A stretch of 64,000 nucleotides of DNA from Nanobdellota archaeon (GTDB lineage: Archaea; Nanobdellota; Nanobdellia; Woesearchaeales; JAGLXL01): contig JBHPDN010000002.1 in the NCBI GenBank assembly GCA_042577865.1, positions 782 to 64,781 on the forward strand, given 5' to 3'. Positions 16,794 through 24,583 of this stretch are shown in pieces. The notes below the pieces were generated by a model. That model was given only the letters and a program-made list of their open reading frames with translations, ran no database searches and was not told where the DNA came from. The position numbers were made by a program, and so were the translations under genes. Position 1 is the stretch's first letter; every line of letters begins with the position of its first letter.

Positions 16794-18774
16794 GTTTTTG
16801 GATTAATTCGTAGCCTTTATCTATTAATTGTGGAAAGGTGTAAGCGACTGTGGTTAAAACACCAGCGGCCATTTCAGTGCACTGTCTTAATTTTCTCCAG
16901 AAGTGGGTGGGTCTGTGTTCTTGATGTTGATATTCTTCTGAAACTCTTTGAGTGAGTTTATCTATCATTACTTGCTCACTTTTATGTACACTATTTATTC
17001 CAGCAATCCTTTTTCTAAGATCTTTCTTTGTCCAATATTTGAAGGCTTTTGGGAGGTAGCTTCTTTCTTTAGTTTTTCTTCTTTTGAGAATGCCTAAGAT
17101 GTGTTCCGGCCTTTCAAGGTTAATAATAGACTGCAAATCGTCCCTGAGCTGCTCTGGGTTTTCATAACGCTCATCTCTGTTGAAAACCAAACCACCAGCC
17201 ATAACCAAAACAAAATCATGAGCCCACTGTTCGGCCTGGTCTTGGTAATAATCAGAAACCCAGCGGCTTTTATCTGCCCAGTCTTTTTTCTCTAAATAAA
17301 ATTGTTTTAATTCACTTGTTTTTGGAGTCGGCCTTTCAGGAGAGATAAGAGCGGCAAAATCAAACTCACCTTCCCTGATGTTTGGCGGCTTGCCAGTCAG
17401 CAATTCATATAAAGTGCCAATAGTAGAATATATGTCTGCTTTGATATCTGTGTCAGCGACCATCATGGTTTTCCCTTTGATTTTAACAGCTGTTCTCTTG
17501 CTTTGTGTCTGCTCAAAAGGCATATAAGGTGGTGTTCCTAGCACTTGACCATCTCCAGTCAACAAAGTGGTGCCCTTCTTAGTAACATCCTCTAGGAAAT
17601 AACCTGCCAAACCAAAATCATTCATTTGAATTTCCTGACCATCATACATAATATTGTCTGGCTTGATATCTCTGTTGACGACTCCCAAACGATTATAGAA
17701 GCAAAGCATTCTTGAGAGATGGTGGGCAATTTGAAGTGATTTTTCAATATCGGAGTTTTGAATCATCTCTTTTCTGGTTTGATTTTTTTTGAAAAGTTTT
17801 GAAATGTAAATAACCCTATTTTGATATGCATAACCTGTAAGGAAAATAGGAACCGCACCTTCATGCATAAGACCAACAAAGTTGGCTTCCCTCCTGCTTC
17901 TAAAGCTGGCCTTTTCTGGTTTAAGATGTCTTTGTTTTCTTTTTGGATCTCTGGTGATAGCCTGAAGATAATCTTCTTTTGATTTTTGTGTTATTTTAAC
18001 GGGGTCTCTGGAAATCTTGATAACACATTTGCCATCTTTTGAAATTCCTCTTTTTCTAAGCTCTTTCATGGCAACCCTTTCCATAGTTTGATCATTAAAC
18101 TGGTCGTCTTTTTTGAAAACTCCACATTTGATCAAGTAGTCTATAGTATCTTGATCGTTGTTTTCGATTAAATCCCAAGCCTGCTTGAGATAATCCTTGC
18201 CCTTTTCAGGGTCTTCTTTGACACGCCTCACTTCTCTTAAATTGTATCCAAGAAGCAAATCAAGGTTTCTTTTTTTTCTTTTTAGATTAAAATCAGCGAC
18301 AATCTTGTCATCAAGTTTTTCTTTTAACCTAAGATTAGCAACTAAATCATCATCAATCCTGATTCTGGTGATATCATCCCAAGATATGCTTAATTTTTCC
18401 TTGAGGCCTTCTATCTGCTCTTCAAGGTTGTCTTTGGCAGCAAGTTTATGAGCCAAGGTATTGGCAAAGATTTTTTTGAAAGCCTGATGTTTTCTGGCTT
18501 TGTCAAAATCTATTTCTCCTTCAAGAACAAAATATTGAGCACCAGCACCAATATCATCTCCAATTTTAATAAATCCACTAATTAAATCAGCTTCGTTAAC
18601 CAGATTGCCGTCAAAATATTTTAATGATTTGAGATAACCATCGTTGTCTTTGATTTCCCTTCTAAGTATTTCTAGAATCTCTTCGTCTTTTAATGGTTCT
18701 AGTTCTGTGTCAAGTTTAGAATCTTCTTCACTGGAGTATTCAGTCGGTGGTCCTGGAAATTCATCAGATAACAT
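16786..18774 (-). CDS. eukaryotic-like (Hanks-type) Ser/Thr protein kinase with a long unassigned N-terminal region
   Basis: 662 aa. The catalytic loop is VNRDIKPDN, with DFG (MNDFGLAGY) and an APE-like GTPPYMPFE. No TM helix is seen, and about 300 aa upstream of the catalytic core are unassigned. Confidence 0.75.
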   Translation of the reverse strand: MLSDEFPGPPTEYSSEEDSKLDTELEPLKDEEILEILRREIKDNDGYLKSLKYFDGNLVNEADLISGFIKIGDDIGAGAQYFVLEGEIDFDKARKHQAFKKIFANTLAHKLAAKDNLEEQIEGLKEKLSISWDDITRIRIDDDLVANLRLKEKLDDKIVADFNLKRKKRNLDLLLGYNLREVRRVKEDPEKGKDYLKQAWDLIENNDQDTIDYLIKCGVFKKDDQFNDQTMERVAMKELRKRGISKDGKCVIKISRDPVKITQKSKEDYLQAITRDPKRKQRHLKPEKASFRSRREANFVGLMHEGAVPIFLTGYAYQNRVIYISKLFKKNQTRKEMIQNSDIEKSLQIAHHLSRMLCFYNRLGVVNRDIKPDNIMYDGQEIQMNDFGLAGYFLEDVTKKGTTLLTGDGQVLGTPPYMPFEQTQSKRTAVKIKGKTMMVADTDIKADIYSTIGTLYELLTGKPPNIREGEFDFAALISPERPTPKTSELKQFYLEKKDWADKSRWVSDYYQDQAEQWAHDFVLVMAGGLVFNRDERYENPEQLRDDLQSIINLERPEHILGILKRRKTKERSYLPKAFKYWTKKDLRKRIAGINSVHKSEQVMIDKLTQRVSEEYQHQEHRPTHFWRKLRQCTEMAAGVLTTVAYTFPQLIDKGYELIQKLT

Positions 18775-18796
18775 ATGGCTCTTTTCTGTGTCGATT

Positions 18797-18807
18797 GTTT
18801 ATAAATC
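18797..18807 (-). promoter_or_regulatory. TATA box for the kinase gene (probably a leaderless mRNA)
   Basis: The minus strand reads GATTTATAAAC, centred about 28 nt upstream of the ATG (18774-18772). No SD is seen in between. Confidence 0.45.
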
Positions 18808-19016
18808 TTTCGTTGTTTAATCACTTTTTAGTAGTAATAGAAAAGAAAGAGAATGAAATTGGTTGATGGGGGTAAAGAGGTGGTAAAACCCCATCCTGGA
18901 GGTGCGCCAATTTCAATATTTGTTAGTGTGGGGTGGTTTATATATCTCTGGTTAACACCTGTCCAGTGTCCAGTGGGGAAAGTTTTATATATCATAGAGG
19001 GTATAATAAAGTTTTA

Positions 19017-19121
19017 ATGAAAAAAACAAAGAAGATTCTCAAATCATATGTCAATCAAAAAGTAAGCGACTTAATTGAAGAAGAAGATATGGATGATTTT
19101 GACATATTAGTTGCGTCTTAG
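19017..19121 (+). CDS. possible small protein (34 aa, acidic C-terminus)
   Basis: MKKTKKILKSYVNQKVSDLIEEEDMDDFDILVAS. A TTTTATATATC box lies about 25-30 nt upstream of the ATG, which looks leaderless. The ORF is short and has no homology evidence. Confidence 0.25.
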   Translation: MKKTKKILKSYVNQKVSDLIEEEDMDDFDILVAS

Positions 19122-19150
19122 ATATATTTAAAAAAAAGATTAAGAAAAAA

Positions 19151-19264
19151 TTATTTCTTTTTTTCGCACTTTTCGCAATAAAAAGAGCCCTTAGCACAAA
19201 GTCTGTCCTTGCAAACTAAACATTTTCTATTAGGTTTTACTTTTTCGACTCTACTCCAAATCAT
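19151..19264 (-). CDS. possible 37-aa zinc-ribbon-like peptide
   Basis: Own translation: MIWSRVEKVKPNRKCLVCKDRLCAKGSFYCEKCEKKK, with a CxxC...CxxC pattern. It is below the ORF-track size cut-off. Support is weak. Confidence 0.3.
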   Translation of the reverse strand: MIWSRVEKVKPNRKCLVCKDRLCAKGSFYCEKCEKKK

Positions 19265-19330
19265 ATTGATAACTCCCTCAATCAGAACTCTTTTTTTGTT
19301 ATGGGTTGGGCCCACTATTTAAACTTTTCT

Positions 19331-19831
19331 TTAATAGATGGTTTCAAAATCATCTGGCTGAGGATAACCAGGATAAAAATACCATTGATCGTCTACTTTA
19401 ACAATATGGGCCTCTCCAATATCATCAAAAAATTCTCTACCAAAGCCATTGGTTGCCTTTCCAACTGGTTTAACTTTGATAATATAATACTCTGTGATTT
19501 TGGTGTCTTCTGGAAGATTTTCCAATGAAATAGCTCTTTCTTTTCCGACAATAAGAACTTTTTCCAATTTGATACATTCAGCATCTGGGCCACATTCTTC
19601 TTCAAACATTTCATTCATTTCTTCTACTTCCCATTCTGTTACAGCTACTTCGCCGTCAGCGTCAACTATTTTATCAGCAAGAGCGCTGAAGTCTCCCTGA
19701 CTCATCTTAGTGACAAAAAACTTAGCCAAATCTTCTGGAGTGCTTTCTTTTTGTGGTAAGACGTCTCCAGAATAATCATAAGAACATCCTGCAACAATAA
19801 TTAAAACCAATAAAAGTAATATTCTTTTCAT
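19331..19831 (-). CDS. predicted lipoprotein, unknown function
   Basis: An internal ATG gives MKRILLLLVLIIVAGCSYDY, i.e. a signal peptide plus a lipobox (IVAG|C). The remainder is an acidic soluble domain. Confidence 0.6.
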   Translation of the reverse strand: MKRILLLLVLIIVAGCSYDYSGDVLPQKESTPEDLAKFFVTKMSQGDFSALADKIVDADGEVAVTEWEVEEMNEMFEEECGPDAECIKLEKVLIVGKERAISLENLPEDTKITEYYIIKVKPVGKATNGFGREFFDDIGEAHIVKVDDQWYFYPGYPQPDDFETIY

Positions 19832-19983
19832 CTTATTAGGAAAGAAGAACAAGTATTAAAACTTTACTCAAAAAGAATGATTTTTAGTTGATTTGTCACA
19901 AAATGGTTAAATTGTGGGAGCAGTAAATCTAGTTATTTCTTAAAAGAAAAAAGATAAAAAAAATAAAAAACTTATGTCAAGAA

Positions 19984-20319
19984 TTATTCTTCTTGTTTTT
20001 CTTCTTCGTCAGCTTCTTCGTCAGCTTCTTCTTCAGGCTGTTCTTCTTCAGGAGCTTCTTCTTCAGGTTGTTCTTCTGTTTGTTCTTCTTCAGCTGGTGC
20101 TTCTTCTCCTTCCATTTCACTGCCTTTCTTAAGCAACTTTACGTCTTTAGCTTGTTTTCCTTTGTCGCCATCAGCAGGCTCAAAAGATACTTGGTCGTTT
20201 TCACGGAGAAAGGTCCCTTCAGCTAGAGCAGTGTAATGAACAAAGTATTCTTCGCCATCATCACCGGCAATAAATCCGTAACCTTTTCGTGAGTTAAACC
20301 ACTTTACTTTTCCTTCCAT
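19984..20319 (-). CDS. cold-shock domain protein with a polyacidic C-terminal tail
   Basis: KVKWFNSRKGYGFI (RNP1-like) and YFVHY (RNP2-like) define a CSD of about 65 aa. It is followed by about 45 aa of E/P/A-rich tail (EEAPAEEEQTEEQPEEEAPEEEQPEEEADEEADEEEKQEE). Confidence 0.8.
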   Translation of the reverse strand: MEGKVKWFNSRKGYGFIAGDDGEEYFVHYTALAEGTFLRENDQVSFEPADGDKGKQAKDVKLLKKGSEMEGEEAPAEEEQTEEQPEEEAPEEEQPEEEADEEADEEEKQEE

Positions 20320-20443
20320 TTTACTTTTCCTCCAAATACTTGATTTAATAGTAAATTTGAGCTTCTCTTTAAAAAGTTTTGGGTCAAAAGAGGTGTTTTT
20401 TCCAAAGAAAAGATATTTAAAGTCAGAAGAGTTTCTACTGGTT

Positions 20444-20551
20444 ATGGCAAAACATCATACAGTTTTGATTATAGCAATAATTTTGGTGATTATAGCATTG
20501 GTTATTGCTTATACACAAGGTTATTTGGATTTCATCCCTTTTTTGAATTAA
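20444..20551 (+). CDS. possible 35-aa single-pass membrane peptide
   Basis: MAKHHTVLIIAIILVIIALVIAYTQGYLDFIPFLN. A GATATTTAAAG box lies about 28 nt upstream of the ATG. The ORF is short and weakly supported. Confidence 0.3.
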   Translation: MAKHHTVLIIAIILVIIALVIAYTQGYLDFIPFLN

Positions 20552-20552
20552 G

Positions 20553-20879
20553 TTAAGGATTTTCTTTAATAGCCTGGTCAATTAATGTATTTCTAATTCT
20601 ATACTTCAAATCCTCAAAATGAGCTTCGGTTAAATCAGGAAGTTTGTCGCGATGATTTCCAGTCAGTTGGTCTTGGTTTTGTTGGAGAAAGGAAGCTAAG
20701 GCGCCAGGGTCTTTATCCATAACTGCTTCCTGTAACCCATCCAAATATTGTTTTTCCTCAAAGGTGGGTCTGAGAAATGATTCTTTTTCTTTGAAACTTG
20801 GTGGATCAGTCAATTGACCAACTATTTCTCGAGCAAAGGTTTCATAAGCTGCAAATTGAAAATTGTTGTAAAAACACAT
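20553..20879 (-). CDS. hypothetical protein (108 aa)
   Basis: Intact ORF directly downstream of the beta-CASP nuclease gene on the same strand. No motif recognised. Confidence 0.45.
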   Translation of the reverse strand: MCFYNNFQFAAYETFAREIVGQLTDPPSFKEKESFLRPTFEEKQYLDGLQEAVMDKDPGALASFLQQNQDQLTGNHRDKLPDLTEAHFEDLKYRIRNTLIDQAIKENP

Positions 20880-20914
20880 GTAGAATTATAATAAAAACAA
20901 ATATTTAAAGTTAA

Positions 20915-22294
20915 CTAAAGAGTAACCTTTTCATACAACTTAGGAATGTGGCATGTAAACCCTTCTTTTTCCAGTTTTGTTTTCAAAGCACGAGAGCTTT
21001 TTTCTTCACCATGAACAATAAATACTTTTTTAGGTTTTTTCTTAAAGCCTTTTGTCCATTTAACTATCTCATTGTAATCAGCGTGAGCTGAGAAGCTGTT
21101 GATTTTATCAATATCTGCCCTAATAGAAATCTTCATGCCCATCATCTTGAGTGTTTTGGCACCTTCTAAGATATACCGGCCAGTGGTTCCTTGAGCCTGA
21201 TAGCCTACAAACAAGACTTTGTTTTTAGGGTTGTCAATGCCGTGCCTGATATGGTGCCTAATCCGTCCGCCAGTAACCATGCCTGAACCAGCGATGATGA
21301 CGCAGGGTCGGGGATATTTGTTTAATTTAATAGAGTCTTGTGTTTTGAGTGAATAAACTAGCTGAGGAAAGTTAAATGGATTTTTGTATTTAGTCAAAGC
21401 TTCGATGTCATAACAACATTCTTTGTGTTTTTTGAAAATTTCAGTAGCTTTGATAGCTAAAGGGCTGTCAAGGAAAATCTTTTCACTGGGAAATTTGCCC
21501 TGTTTGATCAATTTGTTGAAAGCGTAGAGGAGTTCTTGGGTTCGTTCAATAGCAAAAGAAGGGATAAGCAATTTGCCTCCTTTTTTAAAAGTCTCTTGGG
21601 CATGTTTTAACAAGAGATCGTCTCGAAGTCCGACATCTTCGTGCAGGCGGTCACCATAGGTCGATTCAACCAGAACATAATCGGCGTCTTCAATCAAAGT
21701 AGGGTCTTTAATGATAGGAACATTCCACTGTCCAAGGTCGCCGGAAAAGACAATTTTCTTGTCTCCGTCCCCTTCGTTGATGAACATTTCGATAATGGCT
21801 GAGCCAATAATGTGACCGGCGTCCCGGTAGCGAACTTTAACAGAACCAAACTCATAAAGTTTGTCGTAATCAACTTTTTTGAAGAGAGACATGACTTCCT
21901 TAGCATCTTTTTTAGTATAAAGTGTTTTTCTTGGCGGCAAACCTTTCTTTTTTCTGTATCGGTTCTCGCGTTCAGTGTCTTTTTCCTGCAAACCAGCACT
22001 GTCTTCAAGCATGACTTTACAGAGATCAACAGTGGCTGGTGTGGCCATGATTTTTCCTTTGAAGCCTTGGGAATATAATTTAGGGATGAGGCCTGAATGA
22101 TCAATATGGGCATGAGTTAGAAATAAATAATCAATTTCCTGCGGTTTGAATTGAAAAGGTTTGTAATTCAACTGAGTGGTTTCTTTTTTGCCCTGAAACA
22201 TACCACAATCAACCAGAATTTTCATACCTTTAATTTCAATCAAATAGTTAGAACCAGTAACTATCCTGGCTGCTCCGCAAAAAGTAAGTTTCAT
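20915..22294 (-). CDS. metallo-beta-lactamase / beta-CASP family ribonuclease (aCPSF2-like, no KH domains)
   Basis: 459 aa with the MBL motif LTHAHIDHSG. The downstream D/H motifs and the size fit beta-CASP nucleases. Confidence 0.8.
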   Translation of the reverse strand: MKLTFCGAARIVTGSNYLIEIKGMKILVDCGMFQGKKETTQLNYKPFQFKPQEIDYLFLTHAHIDHSGLIPKLYSQGFKGKIMATPATVDLCKVMLEDSAGLQEKDTERENRYRKKKGLPPRKTLYTKKDAKEVMSLFKKVDYDKLYEFGSVKVRYRDAGHIIGSAIIEMFINEGDGDKKIVFSGDLGQWNVPIIKDPTLIEDADYVLVESTYGDRLHEDVGLRDDLLLKHAQETFKKGGKLLIPSFAIERTQELLYAFNKLIKQGKFPSEKIFLDSPLAIKATEIFKKHKECCYDIEALTKYKNPFNFPQLVYSLKTQDSIKLNKYPRPCVIIAGSGMVTGGRIRHHIRHGIDNPKNKVLFVGYQAQGTTGRYILEGAKTLKMMGMKISIRADIDKINSFSAHADYNEIVKWTKGFKKKPKKVFIVHGEEKSSRALKTKLEKEGFTCHIPKLYEKVTL

Positions 22295-22344
22295 CTCAAC
22301 ACCTCTTTTTCTGGAAAGTAAAGGTTATTTAAAAAACTTCTTAA

Positions 22345-22917
22345 TTAATAACAAGGTGAAAAAGCAAGGTCTTCCAGTTCAGAATCAGCAAAAACTTGGT
22401 AACTCTTATTGATTTCTTTTTCTATGATTTTGCTTAGGGTGTTGTTTGGTTTTTGGGGTTCTTCTTCTGGTTTTTTAGGTGTCTTTTCTTCATCTTGATA
22501 AGTTGTTTTAGTCTCAAGACTGAAATTAGTAAAAGATCCAAGATAATCTTTTGAAGACTGAGAGATGCCCATATAAACTTTGTCAATGACAGGTTTGGCA
22601 TAGTCCTGGAAAAGATTATAGACTGCTGTTTTTTTCTCCTGGAAATTAAAAACAGGATTCCAGGATTTAAGTTTGACACCAATCAATGAACTAAGACTTT
22701 TTCTGGGAGTCATCAATGAAGGTTTACTGCCAGGTTTGATTTTTTTACTCTTTGGTTTGTTGCTTTTGTCCCGAGCAATAGCTTTGAGCCGATAACTGTC
22801 TGTTCTTACTCTAAAGGCAACAGCCAGTCTTCTGACTATATCATAGGCTCCCCTGGAAGGCAGTCTCTTTCTTAATCCAGAACATATCCTTCTTAAATAC
22901 AAAACATCTGAGTCCAT
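22345..22917 (-). CDS. hypothetical protein (190 aa), basic N-terminal half
   Basis: Intact ORF upstream of, and co-oriented with, the beta-CASP gene. No motif recognised. Confidence 0.45.
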   Translation of the reverse strand: MDSDVLYLRRICSGLRKRLPSRGAYDIVRRLAVAFRVRTDSYRLKAIARDKSNKPKSKKIKPGSKPSLMTPRKSLSSLIGVKLKSWNPVFNFQEKKTAVYNLFQDYAKPVIDKVYMGISQSSKDYLGSFTNFSLETKTTYQDEEKTPKKPEEEPQKPNNTLSKIIEKEINKSYQVFADSELEDLAFSPCY

Positions 22918-22958
22918 TAAAAAAATAGGAAAAAATAATGGTTTTTAAACTTTATCCA

Positions 22959-23213
22959 TTACTTTTTCTTTTTGGTTTTCTTTGGTTTTTTAGTTGTTTT
23001 TGACTTCTTCTGGAAGAAAAGCAGATAGATTATTGGCAGAATGCCGGCGGTGTTCAAGATAAGCAAAACAACAAACCAAGGTAATTGGTTATGCCTGCCA
23101 CATTTCCACAAAGCAATACCTTTCCAGATTAAAGACCAGATTGATACTACAAAAAGAATGATTAAAAAAGTACCAACACCTGGATCCAAAGATGCACATA
23201 ATTCACAAGCCAT
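22959..23213 (-). CDS. small two-TM membrane protein with a Lys-rich tail (DUF5652-like)
   Basis: An internal ATG gives MACELCASLDPGVGTFLIILFVVSIWSLIWKGIALWKCGRHNQLPWFVVLLILNTAGILPIIYLLFF.... The family assignment is from memory of the WK..R..Q..WF...NT.GILP.IYL pattern. Confidence 0.5.
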   Translation of the reverse strand: MACELCASLDPGVGTFLIILFVVSIWSLIWKGIALWKCGRHNQLPWFVVLLILNTAGILPIIYLLFFQKKSKTTKKPKKTKKKK

Positions 23214-23320
23214 TTTTTCACCCCAATCAATAAAAAAACAAAACTGGTTTAAATATTTTTGTCTTGACCGCAAAAATTAAATAATAAGTGGTCTTTAGTT
23301 ATTTGATAGGGGTGGTCTAA

Positions 23321-23599
23321 ATGACTAAACAAATAACTATTAAGTTAAATTATGAATTGTTTAGACCGTTGATTGACAGTTTAAGGCATTTTTCTGGACA
23401 GGGTGTAGTATCGAGTGACAGTGATTTGGTTGGCAAAGCTCTTTTTTTTGCTCACTTTATTATTCGTCATCCAACTAAAAAAGGCAAAACTAGATTTGAA
23501 ATTTTGGCTGAAGATGCTAGTGTTGAGAAACCAGAATCCATTGTCAACTTTCTTAATGAATTTTACTTGTTTAAGAAAAACGGCCTTAAATATGTTTAG
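23321..23599 (+). CDS. hypothetical protein (92 aa)
   Basis: Intact ORF with an ATG start. No motif recognised. Confidence 0.4.
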   Translation: MTKQITIKLNYELFRPLIDSLRHFSGQGVVSSDSDLVGKALFFAHFIIRHPTKKGKTRFEILAEDASVEKPESIVNFLNEFYLFKKNGLKYV

Positions 23600-23689
23600 A
23601 TGGTCACCAATAGTGACAAAAAGTATTAAAGTTCAATAGAGTTCTTGATGTAAACAACCTCCTTTATACACCTCCTGTATAGAGATAAA

Positions 23690-23908
23690 ATGAACAAAAA
23701 TATATTTTATGGAGTATTTGTAATTCTTATTTTATTAGGGGCAATTGTGCTGTTTAAATTTGGTCCAGAAATGACGACTGCTTCTGTAAGCCACGGCTAC
23801 AAATGTGTTGTTTCCCAGGAAGCTGATGGTTTAGTAAATGATTTTGGTTGTGAAGTGGTTGATGAAATCTGCACAGAACCAAATTTTGTAGGTGTAAGGT
23901 GCCCCTAA
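23690..23908 (+). CDS. small secreted/membrane-anchored Cys-containing protein (72 aa)
   Basis: An N-terminal hydrophobic helix (IFYGVFVILILLGAIVLF) is followed by a 4-Cys soluble part. Confidence 0.4.
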   Translation: MNKNIFYGVFVILILLGAIVLFKFGPEMTTASVSHGYKCVVSQEADGLVNDFGCEVVDEICTEPNFVGVRCP

Positions 23909-23957
23909 CTTGAATTTTAGAGGAAGATTTATAAATCGCTGAAAATTATTTTCTTCT

Positions 23958-24578
23958 ATGGAAATAGTCAATATTGAAGCCAAATATAAAGGTGAAGTGA
24001 GACTGCCAAAAGATTTGTTAGATGAATTGCCTTCTAAATTGATGTTATGCACGACAGTGCAGTTTATTGGTTTTATTGATGAAATAAAAAGACAGCTTCG
24101 TGGGAAAGAAGTGGTTTTGTTTAAATCACGCCATGGTTTTTATCCAGGACAGATACTAGGTTGTGATAATTTTAAGGTTAATTCTGATGTGGAAGGTTTT
24201 CTTTATGTCGGTGATGGGATGTTTCATCCAAAGGCTCTATTGATTAATGAAAAGCCAGTTTTTGTTTTTAATCCTTTTTCTGAAGAATGGTCTCGTTTGG
24301 GTGTCAAAGAGATTAATGAATATAAGATTAGGAAGAAAGTTCATCTGAGCAAATTTTACTCTGCTGACAAGATTGGAGTGGTGGTTTCTGTGAAACCAGG
24401 CCAGTATAACATGAAAGGGGCTTTGGAGCTGAAAGAGAAATTAAAAGACAAAGAAGTTTATTTTTTTATTTGTGACAATGTTGATGAGAAAGAATTTGAA
24501 AACTTTCCTTTTATTGAAGCTTGGGTCAATACAGCTTGTCCGCGTATAGATTTATTGCATGTAGATGAGATAGATTAA
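23958..24578 (+). CDS. dph2: Dph2-like diphthamide synthesis protein, short form (domains 2-3 only)
   Basis: 206 aa with YPGQILGCDNF, FLYVGDGMFHPKAL, KIGVVVSVKPGQ and WVNTACPRIDL. These match the central and C-terminal parts of archaeal Dph2 (about 340 aa). There is no equivalent of the first roughly 100 residues. Confidence 0.6.
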   Translation: MEIVNIEAKYKGEVRLPKDLLDELPSKLMLCTTVQFIGFIDEIKRQLRGKEVVLFKSRHGFYPGQILGCDNFKVNSDVEGFLYVGDGMFHPKALLINEKPVFVFNPFSEEWSRLGVKEINEYKIRKKVHLSKFYSADKIGVVVSVKPGQYNMKGALELKEKLKDKEVYFFICDNVDEKEFENFPFIEAWVNTACPRIDLLHVDEID

Positions 24579-24583
24579 AGATT

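Noticed and set aside
19993-20226. Phe-rich 77-aa plus-strand ORF
   Set aside because: It is the complement of the Glu-rich tail of the cold-shock-domain gene, so it is a low-complexity artefact.
21694-22113. 139-aa alternative-frame ORF and an 88-aa antisense ORF inside the beta-CASP gene
   Set aside because: They are embedded in a gene with clear MBL motifs. Their basic, low-complexity composition is typical of out-of-frame translation of AT-rich DNA.
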